The notes beneath the pieces are model-generated. The model was given only the letters and a program-made list of their open reading frames with translations. It had not been told where the DNA came from and did not search any database. Below are positions 9,410-18,202 of a DNA stretch of 64,000 bases, piece by piece. Numbering within the stretch: position 1 is the first letter of the stretch; the number at the start of each line of letters is the position of its first letter. This DNA comes from Myxococcota bacterium (lineage in GTDB: Bacteria > Myxococcota_A > UBA9160 > UBA4427). The stretch spans positions 960,405 through 1,024,404 of the forward strand of contig JAWKRT010000002.1 in the NCBI GenBank assembly GCA_041389495.1, written 5' to 3'. The position numbers and the translations under genes are program-made.

Positions 9410-10813
9410 TCAGTCGGGGCAGGGCGCGCCGCCGCGCGCGAGCAGCTCGCACAGCGAGCGGAGCCGCGGCGCCGCGGCGGGCGCACCGGCGGCGCGCTCC
9501 TCGACGAGCGCGCGCGCGGCCGCGGGCTCGATGCCCGCGCCGACGAGCACGGCGACTGCGCCGCTCACGTGCGCGGCCGCGAGGCTCGTTCCGTCGCCGA
9601 ACGCGTAGCCGTCGGGCGGCCGCGTCGACAGCACCTCGACGCCCGGCGCGACGACGTCGACCGAGAGGCCGCGGTTCGAGCGCGCGTCGCGTTCGCCGCG
9701 CGCGTCGACTGCGCCGACGCCGAGGACGGACGGATAGGCGGCGGGGTAGCGCGGCGCGTCCGCGCCCTCGTTGCCCGCGGCGGCGACGACGACCGCGCCG
9801 AGCCGCTCGGCGCGCGCGACGGCGCGCTCGAGCAGCGGGTTCGAGGGCCCGACGAGCGAGAGGTTGAGGACGTTCGCGCCGGCTTCCCACGCGGCGTCGA
9901 TGCCGCGCAGCACGTCGTAGAGCGCGCACGCGTCGGGGCCGCCGTCGCCGCTCGGCGCGCACACCGGGATCGCCACGACCCGCGCTTCCGGAGCGACGCC
10001 CGCGATGCCGACGCCGTTGCCGCGCTCGGCGCCGACCACGCCCGCCATCAGCGTCCCGTGCACGGCCGCGACGCGGCCGACCTCGTCGCTCGCTCGCTCG
10101 CCGTCGCCGGCCGGCGCGACGACGATGCGGCCGAGATCGCGGTGCGCGACCTCGGGAAGCGAGTCGAGCAGCGCGACGGTCGCGCCCGCGCCCGCGCTGC
10201 GGGCCCAGGCGCGCTCGGCTTCGAGCTGCGTGAGCGCGTACTGGTGCGGGCGGTACGGATCGCCCGCGGCGTCGGGCTCGAACGCGCGCACCTCGGCGGC
10301 GGCCGCTCGATAGGTCGAGTGCGCCGTCAGCGCAGCGCCCGGCGGCAGCGCGGCGACGAGCGCCTCGGGCGCGGCGTCGGCCGGGCCGCGCACGCGCGCG
10401 ACGGTCGCACACAGCACGGGGCTCCAGAACGAGCTCGCGATCTCGGCACCGGGCGCGAGCGCGAAGCCGGGCGCGAGCGCGCCGTCGTCGGCCTTCGGGA
10501 TCGCGACGAGCGCCTCGCCCGGGATCGCGGTGGCGTCGCCGGCCGGCGCGCGCGGTGCGGCCAGGCGGGTCACGCCCGCGACGTCGGGCGCGGACGCGCT
10601 CGGCGCGAGGCCGGGCTCGGCACACGCCGCGCGCGCGTCGCCGGACGCATCGCTCGCGGCCGGCGCGAACGGGCCGCACGTGCCCGGGTCGCCCGCCTGC
10701 GCGCGCGCGTCGGCGGCCGCGAGGCCCGCACCGACGGCGACCGCGATGGCGATGGCGACGGCGAGCGCGGGCCCGACGCGGCGCGAGCGGCTATGGAGCG
10801 ACCGGCTCAGCAA
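9410..10813 (-). CDS. secreted S8 (subtilisin-like) serine peptidase
   Basis: The catalytic motifs VALLDS, HGTLMAGVVG, NLSLVG and GTSLAAAHVSG are present, as is a signal peptide RRVGPALAVAIAIAVAVGAGLAAADARA. The start is inferred as TTG 10813 and is uncertain. Confidence 0.82.
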   Translation of the reverse strand: MLSRSLHSRSRRVGPALAVAIAIAVAVGAGLAAADARAQAGDPGTCGPFAPAASDASGDARAACAEPGLAPSASAPDVAGVTRLAAPRAPAGDATAIPGEALVAIPKADDGALAPGFALAPGAEIASSFWSPVLCATVARVRGPADAAPEALVAALPPGAALTAHSTYRAAAAEVRAFEPDAAGDPYRPHQYALTQLEAERAWARSAGAGATVALLDSLPEVAHRDLGRIVVAPAGDGERASDEVGRVAAVHGTLMAGVVGAERGNGVGIAGVAPEARVVAIPVCAPSGDGGPDACALYDVLRGIDAAWEAGANVLNLSLVGPSNPLLERAVARAERLGAVVVAAAGNEGADAPRYPAAYPSVLGVGAVDARGERDARSNRGLSVDVVAPGVEVLSTRPPDGYAFGDGTSLAAAHVSGAVAVLVGAGIEPAAARALVEERAAGAPAAAPRLRSLCELLARGGAPCPD

Positions 10814-11501
10814 GGCTCGCGACTCCCGTCTCGACTCCGTCCGGGCGCGCGCCTCCCCGCAGCCGCTCCGCCGCGGTCGCCGCATCGGCGCCCGGCTGCA
10901 GTCTGACACGATAGACGCCGAGCCGCGTCGGCCCGGCGACGACGTCGGCGCCGATCGCGCGCAACGCGTCGCCGATGCGCTCCGCGGTCGCGGCGCGTGC
11001 GAAGACCACGTCGAGCTCGCGCGCCTGCGTCGCCGCGCCGGGGGCGCCCGCGGAGACGGGGCGCGCCTGTGCCGTCTCGTACACGGGTGCGTCGGCGATC
11101 GCGCTGCGCCGGCCGGCCGCGAAGCCCGCGCCGACGCCCGCCGCGACCGCGGCGAGCGAGGCCGCGATCGCGAGCCGTCGCCACGCGGCGCCGCGGTCGG
11201 CGCGCCGGCGGTGCGCGGCGATGCGCTCGTGCGCGGCGGCGCGCGCGGCCTCGCGCGCGCCGCTCGCCTCGATGCGCGCGCGCACGCGCGCGTAGGCGGC
11301 GTCCGCATCGGGCGCCGGCCGCGCGGCCTCGTCGTCGCCGCCGAGCATCCAGTCGATCTCGCGGCGACAGTCGGCGCACGCGGCCGCGTGCGCCTCGATG
11401 CGCGCGCGCTCGTCGTCGCCGAGTGCCTCGTCGTCGTACCAGGGCAGCATGCGCAGCACGTCGTCCGGGCAGTGCGCGCGTCCGGTGGCGTCGTTCGTCA
11501 T
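10791..11501 (-). CDS. anti-sigma factor, zf-HC2 type, single-pass membrane
   Basis: 236 aa. ATG 11501 overlaps the sigma gene stop (ATGA). It has the HAAACADC zinc-finger motif and a central TM segment LAIAASLAAVAAGVGAGFAA. Confidence 0.78.
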   Translation of the reverse strand: MTNDATGRAHCPDDVLRMLPWYDDEALGDDERARIEAHAAACADCRREIDWMLGGDDEAARPAPDADAAYARVRARIEASGAREAARAAAHERIAAHRRRADRGAAWRRLAIAASLAAVAAGVGAGFAAGRRSAIADAPVYETAQARPVSAGAPGAATQARELDVVFARAATAERIGDALRAIGADVVAGPTRLGVYRVRLQPGADAATAAERLRGGARPDGVETGVASLAEPVAP

Positions 11502-12082
11502 CAGCCGGCCTTTCGGTCGAGCCCGCCGCGCAGGTGGTCGCGCGCGCGGGCGATGCGGGATTTCACGGTGCCCTGCGAGATGCCGAGCCGCTCGGCGATC
11601 GCGTCGTACGGGAGCTCGTCGAAGAACGCGAGCTCGAGCACCTCGCGCTGTCCGCGCGGGAGCTCGTCGAGCAGCGCGCGCGTGCGGCGCAGCTCGTGGC
11701 GCATCGCGAGCACCTCCTCGAGCTCGGCGTCGTCGGGCATCGCGTGCAGGTGCTCGATGCGCGTGGGCACGACGGCGCTGCGCTTCGAGCGCTTGCGGTT
11801 GCGGTCGGCGGCCATGCACTTGAACTGTGCGATCCCGAACAGCCACGACGAGGCGCGGCTGCGCCCCTCGAAGCGTCCGGCGCTGCGCCACACCTCGAAG
11901 AAGACGTCGGCGGCGACCTCCTCGGCGAGCGACGGGTCGCCGAGGCGGCGCGCGACGAAGGACAGGACGCGCGCGTACCAGGCGTCGAAGAGCGCGCGGT
12001 GCGCGGCCTCGTCGCCCGCGGCGATGCGGGCGATCCAGGCGCGGTCGCGGCGGTCGGCGTCGTCGCGTCGGGTGGGGCTCAT
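11501..12082 (-). CDS. ECF-type RNA polymerase sigma-70 factor
   Basis: 193 aa starting at ATG 12082. It carries LAEEVAADVFFEVWRSAGRF (region 2) and LPYDAIAERLGISQGTVKSRIARAR (region 4). Confidence 0.9.
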   Translation of the reverse strand: MSPTRRDDADRRDRAWIARIAAGDEAAHRALFDAWYARVLSFVARRLGDPSLAEEVAADVFFEVWRSAGRFEGRSRASSWLFGIAQFKCMAADRNRKRSKRSAVVPTRIEHLHAMPDDAELEEVLAMRHELRRTRALLDELPRGQREVLELAFFDELPYDAIAERLGISQGTVKSRIARARDHLRGGLDRKAG

Positions 12083-12134
12083 CCGGAGCGGTGCGTTCCT
12101 GCGGCGCGCGGGGGGGTTCCCGTCGCCGAGCCTC

Positions 12135-12506
12135 TCACGCGTCGTCGCCGGGGGCGGCGGGGCCGCCGGGGGGCCGCCCGGGCCGGGCGGGTTCACGGGC
12201 GCGTCGCCCGGCGGCGCCGGGGAGCTCGTTCTGGCCCCCGCAGCCGCCCGCGCCGTCGCAGGCGTCGCGGCCGTCGAACGGCGCCGGCGCGGGCCCGCCG
12301 CCGCCGGGCGGCGGCGCGTCGGCGGCGACGTCCTGCGGGCTGAAGAGGCGCGCGACCGAGCCGTGCGCGCCCGCCTCGTCCGCACACGGGCCCGCCGGCG
12401 CGAGGCCGTCGCCCGCCGCGGCGAGCGGCGCGAGCAGGAGCGCGACGAGCGCGGACGCCGCGCACACGGCGCGCGCGCTCGCGCGCGGAAGGGCTCGCGT
12501 CGACAT
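12135..12506 (-). CDS. small secreted Gly/Pro/Cys-rich protein (hypothetical)
   Basis: 123 aa. ATG 12506 is preceded by GGACAGGAGG. It has a signal peptide MSTRALPRASARAVCAASALVALLLAPLAAAG and near-saturated GC3. I recognise no family. Confidence 0.5.
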   Translation of the reverse strand: MSTRALPRASARAVCAASALVALLLAPLAAAGDGLAPAGPCADEAGAHGSVARLFSPQDVAADAPPPGGGGPAPAPFDGRDACDGAGGCGGQNELPGAAGRRAREPARPGRPPGGPAAPGDDA

Positions 12507-12520
12507 GCTGCCTCCTGTCC

Positions 12521-12556
12521 TGCCGTCCGGCCTGCCGTCCGGCCTTCCGTCCGGCC
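12521..12556. repeat. three tandem 12-bp repeats (tgccgtccggcc x2, ttccgtccggcc) followed by degenerate copies to ~12578
   Basis: Read directly in the intergenic region between the barrel-protein stop (12629) and the small-protein RBS (12511-12520). Confidence 0.7.
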
Positions 12557-12628
12557 GTCGTCCCGGTGTTCGTCCCGGTCGTCGTCGCGCTCGCTCCGCG
12601 CTTCGGTCTCGCGGCCCGCGCGCGGCGC

Positions 12629-14338
12629 TCAGTCGAGCCCGCCTCGCCACGTCAGGAACAGGCCGACGACGTGCCGGCGGTAGTCGAACACGTCCGCGTT
12701 CGAAAAGCGCCGTTCGAAGCGCCAGCGGCCGGAGATCGACACGCCGCGGCCGAGTGCGCGCTCCACGCGGGCGCTCAGCTCGAGCTGGTCGTCGCGCCGG
12801 TCGCCGCCCGGGAAGCCGAACGCGGCCGGCGTCGCGGTCGACTGCGGCACGTTCGCGAACGTGCTCGGATGCGCGTAGCGCCGCGCCTCGTAGGTGGCCG
12901 CGGCGCGCCACTTCGTGTCGAACGGGCCGTCGGCGCGGAGCGCGACGCCCGTGTCGCCGCCCGCGAAATCGTACTCGTCGCCCTCGGCCTGGTAGAAGTC
13001 GAAGGCCGCGTGGACGCGCAGCTCGGTGAGCGGCCCGCCGACCGGCAGCAGGTGCGCGACGCCCGCGCGCACGCCGACGCCGTCGCGGTTGCGCGCCTCG
13101 GACTCGTCGGTGCGCGGGCGCCCGCACGGCGTCGGCCCGCCGACCGTGCACGCCGGCAGGTCGGGCGCGCGCACGAGGTAGTCGCGCACGTCGAGCTCGC
13201 CGAAGAGCTCGCTCGCGCCGAGCGCGGCCCATCCATGGCGGAGCGCGATCGACGAGTCGTACGTCCACGCGAAGGGGTCGCCGCCCACCCAGGCGTAGCC
13301 GGTGTCGAGCTGGACGCGCACGTCCGTGCGCTCGCCGAGGCGGTGCGCGCCGTACAGGCTCCCGTAGGAGTAGTGGACGTCGTAGTCGTCGAGGTCGCCG
13401 TGCTCGCTGCCCGCGTAGCCGAGCGCGACGCCCGCATGGCCTCGCTCGAAGCTCCTCTCGACGCCGCCGCGCGCGCCCCAGGCGGCGCGCACGTCGCGCT
13501 CGTCGCTGATCTCGGCGGCGGTCACCTCGCGGCCGAGCCGCACGACGTTGGTGTCGCCCTCGACGCCGATCTCGACCTCCGCCCACGGGCGCCAGCGCGC
13601 GTGCGCGCCCGTCCCGCGCACGCGTTCGAGCGCGCGCGCGGCGGAGTCGGCCCACGGCGTCCCGGGCCAGTCGTGCGCGATGCGCGCGAGCGCCTCGTCG
13701 GCGCGCGCGCGGTCGCCCGCGCCCTCCCACGCGAGGCCGGCGAAGTAGGAGGCGACGGGCTCGACGCGCGCCGGGTCGAGCCGGCGCGAGCGCTCGAGGC
13801 GCGCGGCCGCAGCGGCCGCCTCGCCGCGCTCGAGCAGCAGGAGGCCCCTGTAGAGATGGAGCTCGGGGTCGTCGGCGAGCGCGGGCTCGGCGCGCGCGAG
13901 GCGCGCCTCGGCCTCGTCGAGCCGGCGCGCGTGGTACATCGCCGCCGCCGCCTCGAGGAAGCGCGCGGCCGACGGGTCGAGGCGGGCGGCCTCGTCGAGC
14001 GCGGCCGGCGCCGCATCGGTGCGGCCGAGCGCGAGGTAGCAGCGGCCGAGGCGCGCGTGCGTCTCGGCGTCGGCGGGCCGCGCGGCCGCGTTCGCCTGCA
14101 GCCGCTCGAGGCCGGCGTCGCAGCCGGGGCTCGGGGGCTGTGCGGAGGCGGCCGGCGCGCCGAGCGCGAGCAGCGCGACGGCCGTGTGGGCGAGCGCGAG
14201 CGCGGCTGCGCGGGAAGCGCGGCGGCGCGCGGACGGCGCGGGCCGGCCGCCGGGCGCGTCGGCGCGCGGGCGGAAGAGCGGCGGCGAGGTCGTGGAGAGC
14301 GGCAAGCGGGGGCCCGATCGTCGGCGCGGGGCGAGCAC
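12629..14338 (-). CDS. outer-membrane protein: N-terminal TPR-like domain + C-terminal beta-barrel (Slam/DUF560-like architecture, unverified)
   Basis: It has a signal peptide RAAALALAHTAVALLALGAPAASA and TPR-like helices (RLGRCYLALGRTDAAPAALDEAARLDP). About 330 aa of amphipathic beta strands follow, ending FSNADVFDYRRHVVGLFLTWRGGLD. The start is GTG 14338 or TTG 14305. Confidence 0.72.
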   Translation of the reverse strand: MLAPRRRSGPRLPLSTTSPPLFRPRADAPGGRPAPSARRRASRAAALALAHTAVALLALGAPAASAQPPSPGCDAGLERLQANAAARPADAETHARLGRCYLALGRTDAAPAALDEAARLDPSAARFLEAAAAMYHARRLDEAEARLARAEPALADDPELHLYRGLLLLERGEAAAAAARLERSRRLDPARVEPVASYFAGLAWEGAGDRARADEALARIAHDWPGTPWADSAARALERVRGTGAHARWRPWAEVEIGVEGDTNVVRLGREVTAAEISDERDVRAAWGARGGVERSFERGHAGVALGYAGSEHGDLDDYDVHYSYGSLYGAHRLGERTDVRVQLDTGYAWVGGDPFAWTYDSSIALRHGWAALGASELFGELDVRDYLVRAPDLPACTVGGPTPCGRPRTDESEARNRDGVGVRAGVAHLLPVGGPLTELRVHAAFDFYQAEGDEYDFAGGDTGVALRADGPFDTKWRAAATYEARRYAHPSTFANVPQSTATPAAFGFPGGDRRDDQLELSARVERALGRGVSISGRWRFERRFSNADVFDYRRHVVGLFLTWRGGLD

Positions 14339-14712
14339 CGTCGCTCGCGGACGCGCGAGCCTTCCACGGGCCGCGCGGTGGGTCAAACCCGGATTGGTGT
14401 CGCGCCGCGCGGCCCCGTGCCGCGCCTGCCCCACCCGCCGCGCCGTGCGCAGTGTGCGCCGCGCCTGCCGGCGGAGGCCGCGCCGTGCGTACGTCCCGGC
14501 CGTCGCGGCGCGCACGCGCGGGCGAAGCGGCTAGGATCCGCGCCGGCCCCCCGCCCCGTCCCGTCTGCAGCCGATCGATCGCGTCGGAGGCCTCGGGCGC
14601 CGGGCGCGAGAGCGCGTTCGCCGCTCACTCGGCCGGCCCGACGCCGGCCGCGCGCGTGCGCGCCGTCGCGGCGGCGGGGGCGGACCCGACAGTGTCGACC
14701 AGGACGGAGAAC

Positions 14713-16182
14713 ATGAGCGAAGCCACGACCGGACTCCTCTCGTACGGCGCCTACGTCCCCGTGACGCGCCTTCCGCTCGCGCTGATCCAGGGGCGCAAGC
14801 CGAAGGACGGCGGCCCCGAGAAGGCGGTCGCCTACTACGACGAGGACGCCGTCACGATGGCGGTCGCGGCCGCGCTCGACTGCCTCGCGGGCAGCGATCG
14901 CAGCGCGGTCGACGCCGTGTACTTCGCGTCGACGAGCTACGAGCTGCGCGAGAAGCAGGGCGCGGCGCTGATCGCGAAGGCGCTCGACCTGCGGCGCGAC
15001 GTGCTCACCTCGGACCACGCGGGCTCGCTGCGCGCGGGCACCGCCGCGCTCGAGGCCGCGCTGTGCGCGGTCGGCGCGGGCGCCGCGAAGCGCGCGCTCG
15101 TCGTCGTCGCCGACTGCAGGATGGGCGCGCCGAAGGGCGCGCTCGAGGCGAAGGTCGGCGACGGCGCCGCGGCATTCCTCGTCGGCGGCGCGGCGAGCGG
15201 CGCGTCGCCGATCGCGACGTGGACGGCGAGCGCGGCGGTCGCCGACGAGCTGCAGGACAGCTGGCGCATCGACGGCGAGCGCTTCACGCACAGCTGGGAG
15301 GACCGCTTCGTCGCGACCGAGGGCGTCGTGCCGTGCCTCGCGGACGCGCTGCGCGCGCTCTTCGCGAAGGCGGGCGTCGCGGGCGGCGACCTCGCGAAGG
15401 CCGCGGTCTACGCGCACGACGCGCGCACGCTCGGCACCGTCGCGAAGGAGGCCGGCATCCCGGCCGACCGCCTGCAGGACCCGCTGTCGGCCCGGCTCGG
15501 CAACACGGGCTGCGCGTTCGCGCCGATGCTGCTCGTCGCGGCGCTCGAGGGTGCGAAGGCCGGCCAGCGGATCGCGTGCGCGAGCTACGGCGACGGCGCG
15601 CACGCGCTGCTCTTCGAGACGACCGACGCGATCGCGAAGCTCGAGCCGCGCCGCGGCGTCGCGGGGCACCTCGGCAAGCGCATCCCGCTCGGCTCGTACG
15701 ACGCCTACCTGCGCAGCCGCAAGCTCGATCCGAAGGAGTGGGAGAGCGGCGCCGACCTCGGGCTCTCCGCGACGATCCGCTTCCGCGAACGCGACGCCGA
15801 CATCGCGCTCGTCGGCGGCCGCTGCACGGAGTGCGGACAGATCCACCTGCCGCGGCCGCGCGTCTGCATCAAGTGCCACGCGAAGGATCGCTTCGAGCCC
15901 GCGCGCCTCTCCGACCGCCCGGGCCGCGTGCTCGCCTACACGTTCGACTACTTCTTCCCGGCCGCCGAGCCGCCCACGATCATGGTGATGACGGAGGTCG
16001 CGGGCTGCCGCGTGCAGGTCCAGCTCGCGAACTGCAAGCCCGACCGCGTGCGCCTCGACATGCCCGTCGAGTACGTGTTCCGCAAGATCCACGACGCGGG
16101 CGGCAAGGCCAACTACTTCTGGAAGGCGAGCCCGCCGTTCGAGGAGATCGGCGCGAACGGCGGTGGAGGAGCTTCGTCATGA
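14713..16182 (+). CDS. HMG-CoA synthase-like (thiolase-superfamily) domain fused to DUF35 zinc-ribbon/OB-fold domain
   Basis: ATG 14713 follows AGGACGGAGA. The N-terminal ~350 aa are HMGCS/KAS-III-like. The C-terminus has a CTECGQIHLPRPRVCIKCH zinc ribbon plus an OB fold (DUF35). Confidence 0.82.
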   Translation: MSEATTGLLSYGAYVPVTRLPLALIQGRKPKDGGPEKAVAYYDEDAVTMAVAAALDCLAGSDRSAVDAVYFASTSYELREKQGAALIAKALDLRRDVLTSDHAGSLRAGTAALEAALCAVGAGAAKRALVVVADCRMGAPKGALEAKVGDGAAAFLVGGAASGASPIATWTASAAVADELQDSWRIDGERFTHSWEDRFVATEGVVPCLADALRALFAKAGVAGGDLAKAAVYAHDARTLGTVAKEAGIPADRLQDPLSARLGNTGCAFAPMLLVAALEGAKAGQRIACASYGDGAHALLFETTDAIAKLEPRRGVAGHLGKRIPLGSYDAYLRSRKLDPKEWESGADLGLSATIRFRERDADIALVGGRCTECGQIHLPRPRVCIKCHAKDRFEPARLSDRPGRVLAYTFDYFFPAAEPPTIMVMTEVAGCRVQVQLANCKPDRVRLDMPVEYVFRKIHDAGGKANYFWKASPPFEEIGANGGGGASS

Positions 16183-17339
16183 TGAATCCCGAGGCGATTC
16201 GCGACAAGGTCGCGGTGACCGGCGTCGGCTGCTGCCAGTTCGGCGAGAACTGGGACAAGTCGCGCGAGGACATGATGGTCGAGGCCGTGTGGGAGGCCTA
16301 CGCGGACGCGGGCATCGACGACCCGGACGCGCAGATCGACGCCGTGTTCGCCGGCGCCGTGTATCCGCGCGAGGGCTCGGGCGAGGTGGCCGAGTCGCTC
16401 AAGCTCTTCGGGAAGCCCATCACGATGCTGATGGACTACTGCCAGACGGGCACCGACGCGTTCCGCTGCGGCGTGATGTCGGTCGCCTGCGGCATGTACG
16501 ACACCGTGCTCGTGCTCGGCTTCGACAAGCCGAAGGATCGCGGCGTCTCGGGCCCGTCGGTGAACTTCGACCGCGTGCGCGGGCTGCCCGCGACGCCGGC
16601 GGGCTGGTTCTCGCTCTGCGCCGCTCGTTATTTCGAGACGTACGGCGCGGGCCGCGAGGACCTCGCGCGCATCGCCGTCAAGAACCACCACAACGGCACG
16701 CTCGCGCCCAAGTCGATGCTGAAGAAGGAGATCACGGTCGAGGACGTGCTCTCGGCGCGCATCATCTCGTGGCCCTTCGGGCTCTACGACTGCGCGGCGC
16801 AGAGCGACGGCGCGGCGGCCGCCATCATCACGCGGCGCGACCTCGCGAAGCAGGTGCGCGACGACCACGTGCTCGTGAAGGCCGTGACCGTCTCGACCGC
16901 CGAGCACCCGCAGCGCGACCCGGACTTCGACTTCCTCGCCTGGAAGCCCACGCTCTACGCCGCGAAGGACGCCTACGCGCAGGCCGGCATCACCGAGCCC
17001 TTCCGCCAGCTCGACGTCGTGCAGCTGCACGACTGCTTCACGCTGACCGAGATGCTCACGTACGAGGACCTCGGCCTGTGCAAGAAGGGCGAGGCGAAGG
17101 ATCACGTCGCGTCGGGCACGTTCGCGCTCGGCGGCGAGCTGCCGGTGAACACCGACGGCGGCCTCAAGACCTTCGGCCACCCGACCGGCGCGACCGGCGT
17201 GCGCATGATCTACGAGAACGTGCTGCAGCTGCGCGGCCAGGCCGGGCCGCGCCAGGTGAAGGACGCGACGACCGCGCTCTCGCACAACATCGGCGGCCCG
17301 CCGCAGACCTGCGGCATCGCCATCCTCGGGATGCCGTAG
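16179..17339 (+). CDS. thiolase, SCP-x/archaeal acetoacetyl-CoA thiolase-like
   Basis: The ATG overlaps the upstream TGA (ATGA). The nucleophile region is MDYCQTGTDAF. The C-terminal motifs GHPTGATGVRMIYE and SHNIGGPPQTCGIAILG are present. Confidence 0.9.
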   Translation: MMNPEAIRDKVAVTGVGCCQFGENWDKSREDMMVEAVWEAYADAGIDDPDAQIDAVFAGAVYPREGSGEVAESLKLFGKPITMLMDYCQTGTDAFRCGVMSVACGMYDTVLVLGFDKPKDRGVSGPSVNFDRVRGLPATPAGWFSLCAARYFETYGAGREDLARIAVKNHHNGTLAPKSMLKKEITVEDVLSARIISWPFGLYDCAAQSDGAAAAIITRRDLAKQVRDDHVLVKAVTVSTAEHPQRDPDFDFLAWKPTLYAAKDAYAQAGITEPFRQLDVVQLHDCFTLTEMLTYEDLGLCKKGEAKDHVASGTFALGGELPVNTDGGLKTFGHPTGATGVRMIYENVLQLRGQAGPRQVKDATTALSHNIGGPPQTCGIAILGMP

Positions 17340-17346
17340 GCGCGCG

Positions 17347-18156
17347 ATGGCCGCGAAGACGGTCGACCTCGGCACCGAGTACCTGCGCCTCGAGCACGAA
17401 GGCCACCTCGCGCGCTGCACCATCCAGCGGCCGCGGAAGCGCAACGCGCTCACCGTGGGCATGTACTTCGGGATCCGCCGCGCGGTGAACTACGTGAACG
17501 CCCAGAGCGAGGCGACGGCGCTCGTGCTCACCGGGGTCGACGACGTGTTCGCGCCCGGCGGCGAGATGACGGGCCACCACCCGGACACGACGCCGCACGA
17601 CTACGACCTGCTCCAGGAGATCGGCAACGAGTGGCTGCCGTTCGAGGCGATCCGCAACAGCCGCGCGCCCGTCGTGTCGGCCGTGAACGGCATCTGCCAG
17701 GGCGGGGGGCTCCTGATCGCGATGCTCGCCGACGTGTCGGTCGTGAGCGAGCGCGCGACGTTCCGGGCGCCCGAGCTCCTGCGCGGCGTCGCCGACACGG
17801 GCTATGCGGCCTATCTCCCGCCCCACGTCGGCGTCGCGCGCGCGCGCGACATGCTGCTCACCGCGCGCACGGTCGGCGCGCGCGAAGCCGTCGAGATGGG
17901 CCTCGTCTCGCGCGTCGTGCCGCACGAGCGGCTGCTCGAGGAGGCGGACGCCGCAGCCGAGGCCGTGCTCCTCACCGCGCCCGACGCGCGCATGCAGCTC
18001 AAGCGGATCCTGAACGCGAACTACGGCAAGGTCGACCTGATGACGTTCAACGCGTCGCTCGACGGCCCCGAGGTGCGCGAGGGCTTCGCGGCGTTCGGCG
18101 AGAAGCGCACGCCCGCCTGGGTGCCGAAGTCGCTCGCGACGGGCAAGCGGCTCTAG
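17347..18156 (+). CDS. enoyl-CoA hydratase/isomerase (crotonase) family protein
   Basis: 269-aa ORF with the crotonase fold motifs RKRNALT and NGICQGGGLLIAMLADV. Confidence 0.88.
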   Translation: MAAKTVDLGTEYLRLEHEGHLARCTIQRPRKRNALTVGMYFGIRRAVNYVNAQSEATALVLTGVDDVFAPGGEMTGHHPDTTPHDYDLLQEIGNEWLPFEAIRNSRAPVVSAVNGICQGGGLLIAMLADVSVVSERATFRAPELLRGVADTGYAAYLPPHVGVARARDMLLTARTVGAREAVEMGLVSRVVPHERLLEEADAAAEAVLLTAPDARMQLKRILNANYGKVDLMTFNASLDGPEVREGFAAFGEKRTPAWVPKSLATGKRL

Positions 18157-18202
18157 TCGGCGCGCGCGACGCGCCCCGCAACCAGGAAACGGAGAGACCG
18201 AG

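Noticed and set aside
12135-13730. A 531-aa minus-strand ORF read as a single gene.
   Set aside because: Only its last 123 codons (12135..12506) have a signal peptide, an RBS and plausible composition. The rest is the shadow of the TPR/barrel gene, which lies in another frame (12629..14338).
14713-17339. Reading the HMGCS-like and thiolase pair as the entry to a mevalonate pathway.
   Set aside because: No HMG-CoA reductase or mevalonate kinase, phosphomevalonate kinase or decarboxylase gene is in the window. The HMGCS-like domain appears to lack canonical catalytic residues, and the context is fatty-acid or steroid-type beta-oxidation.
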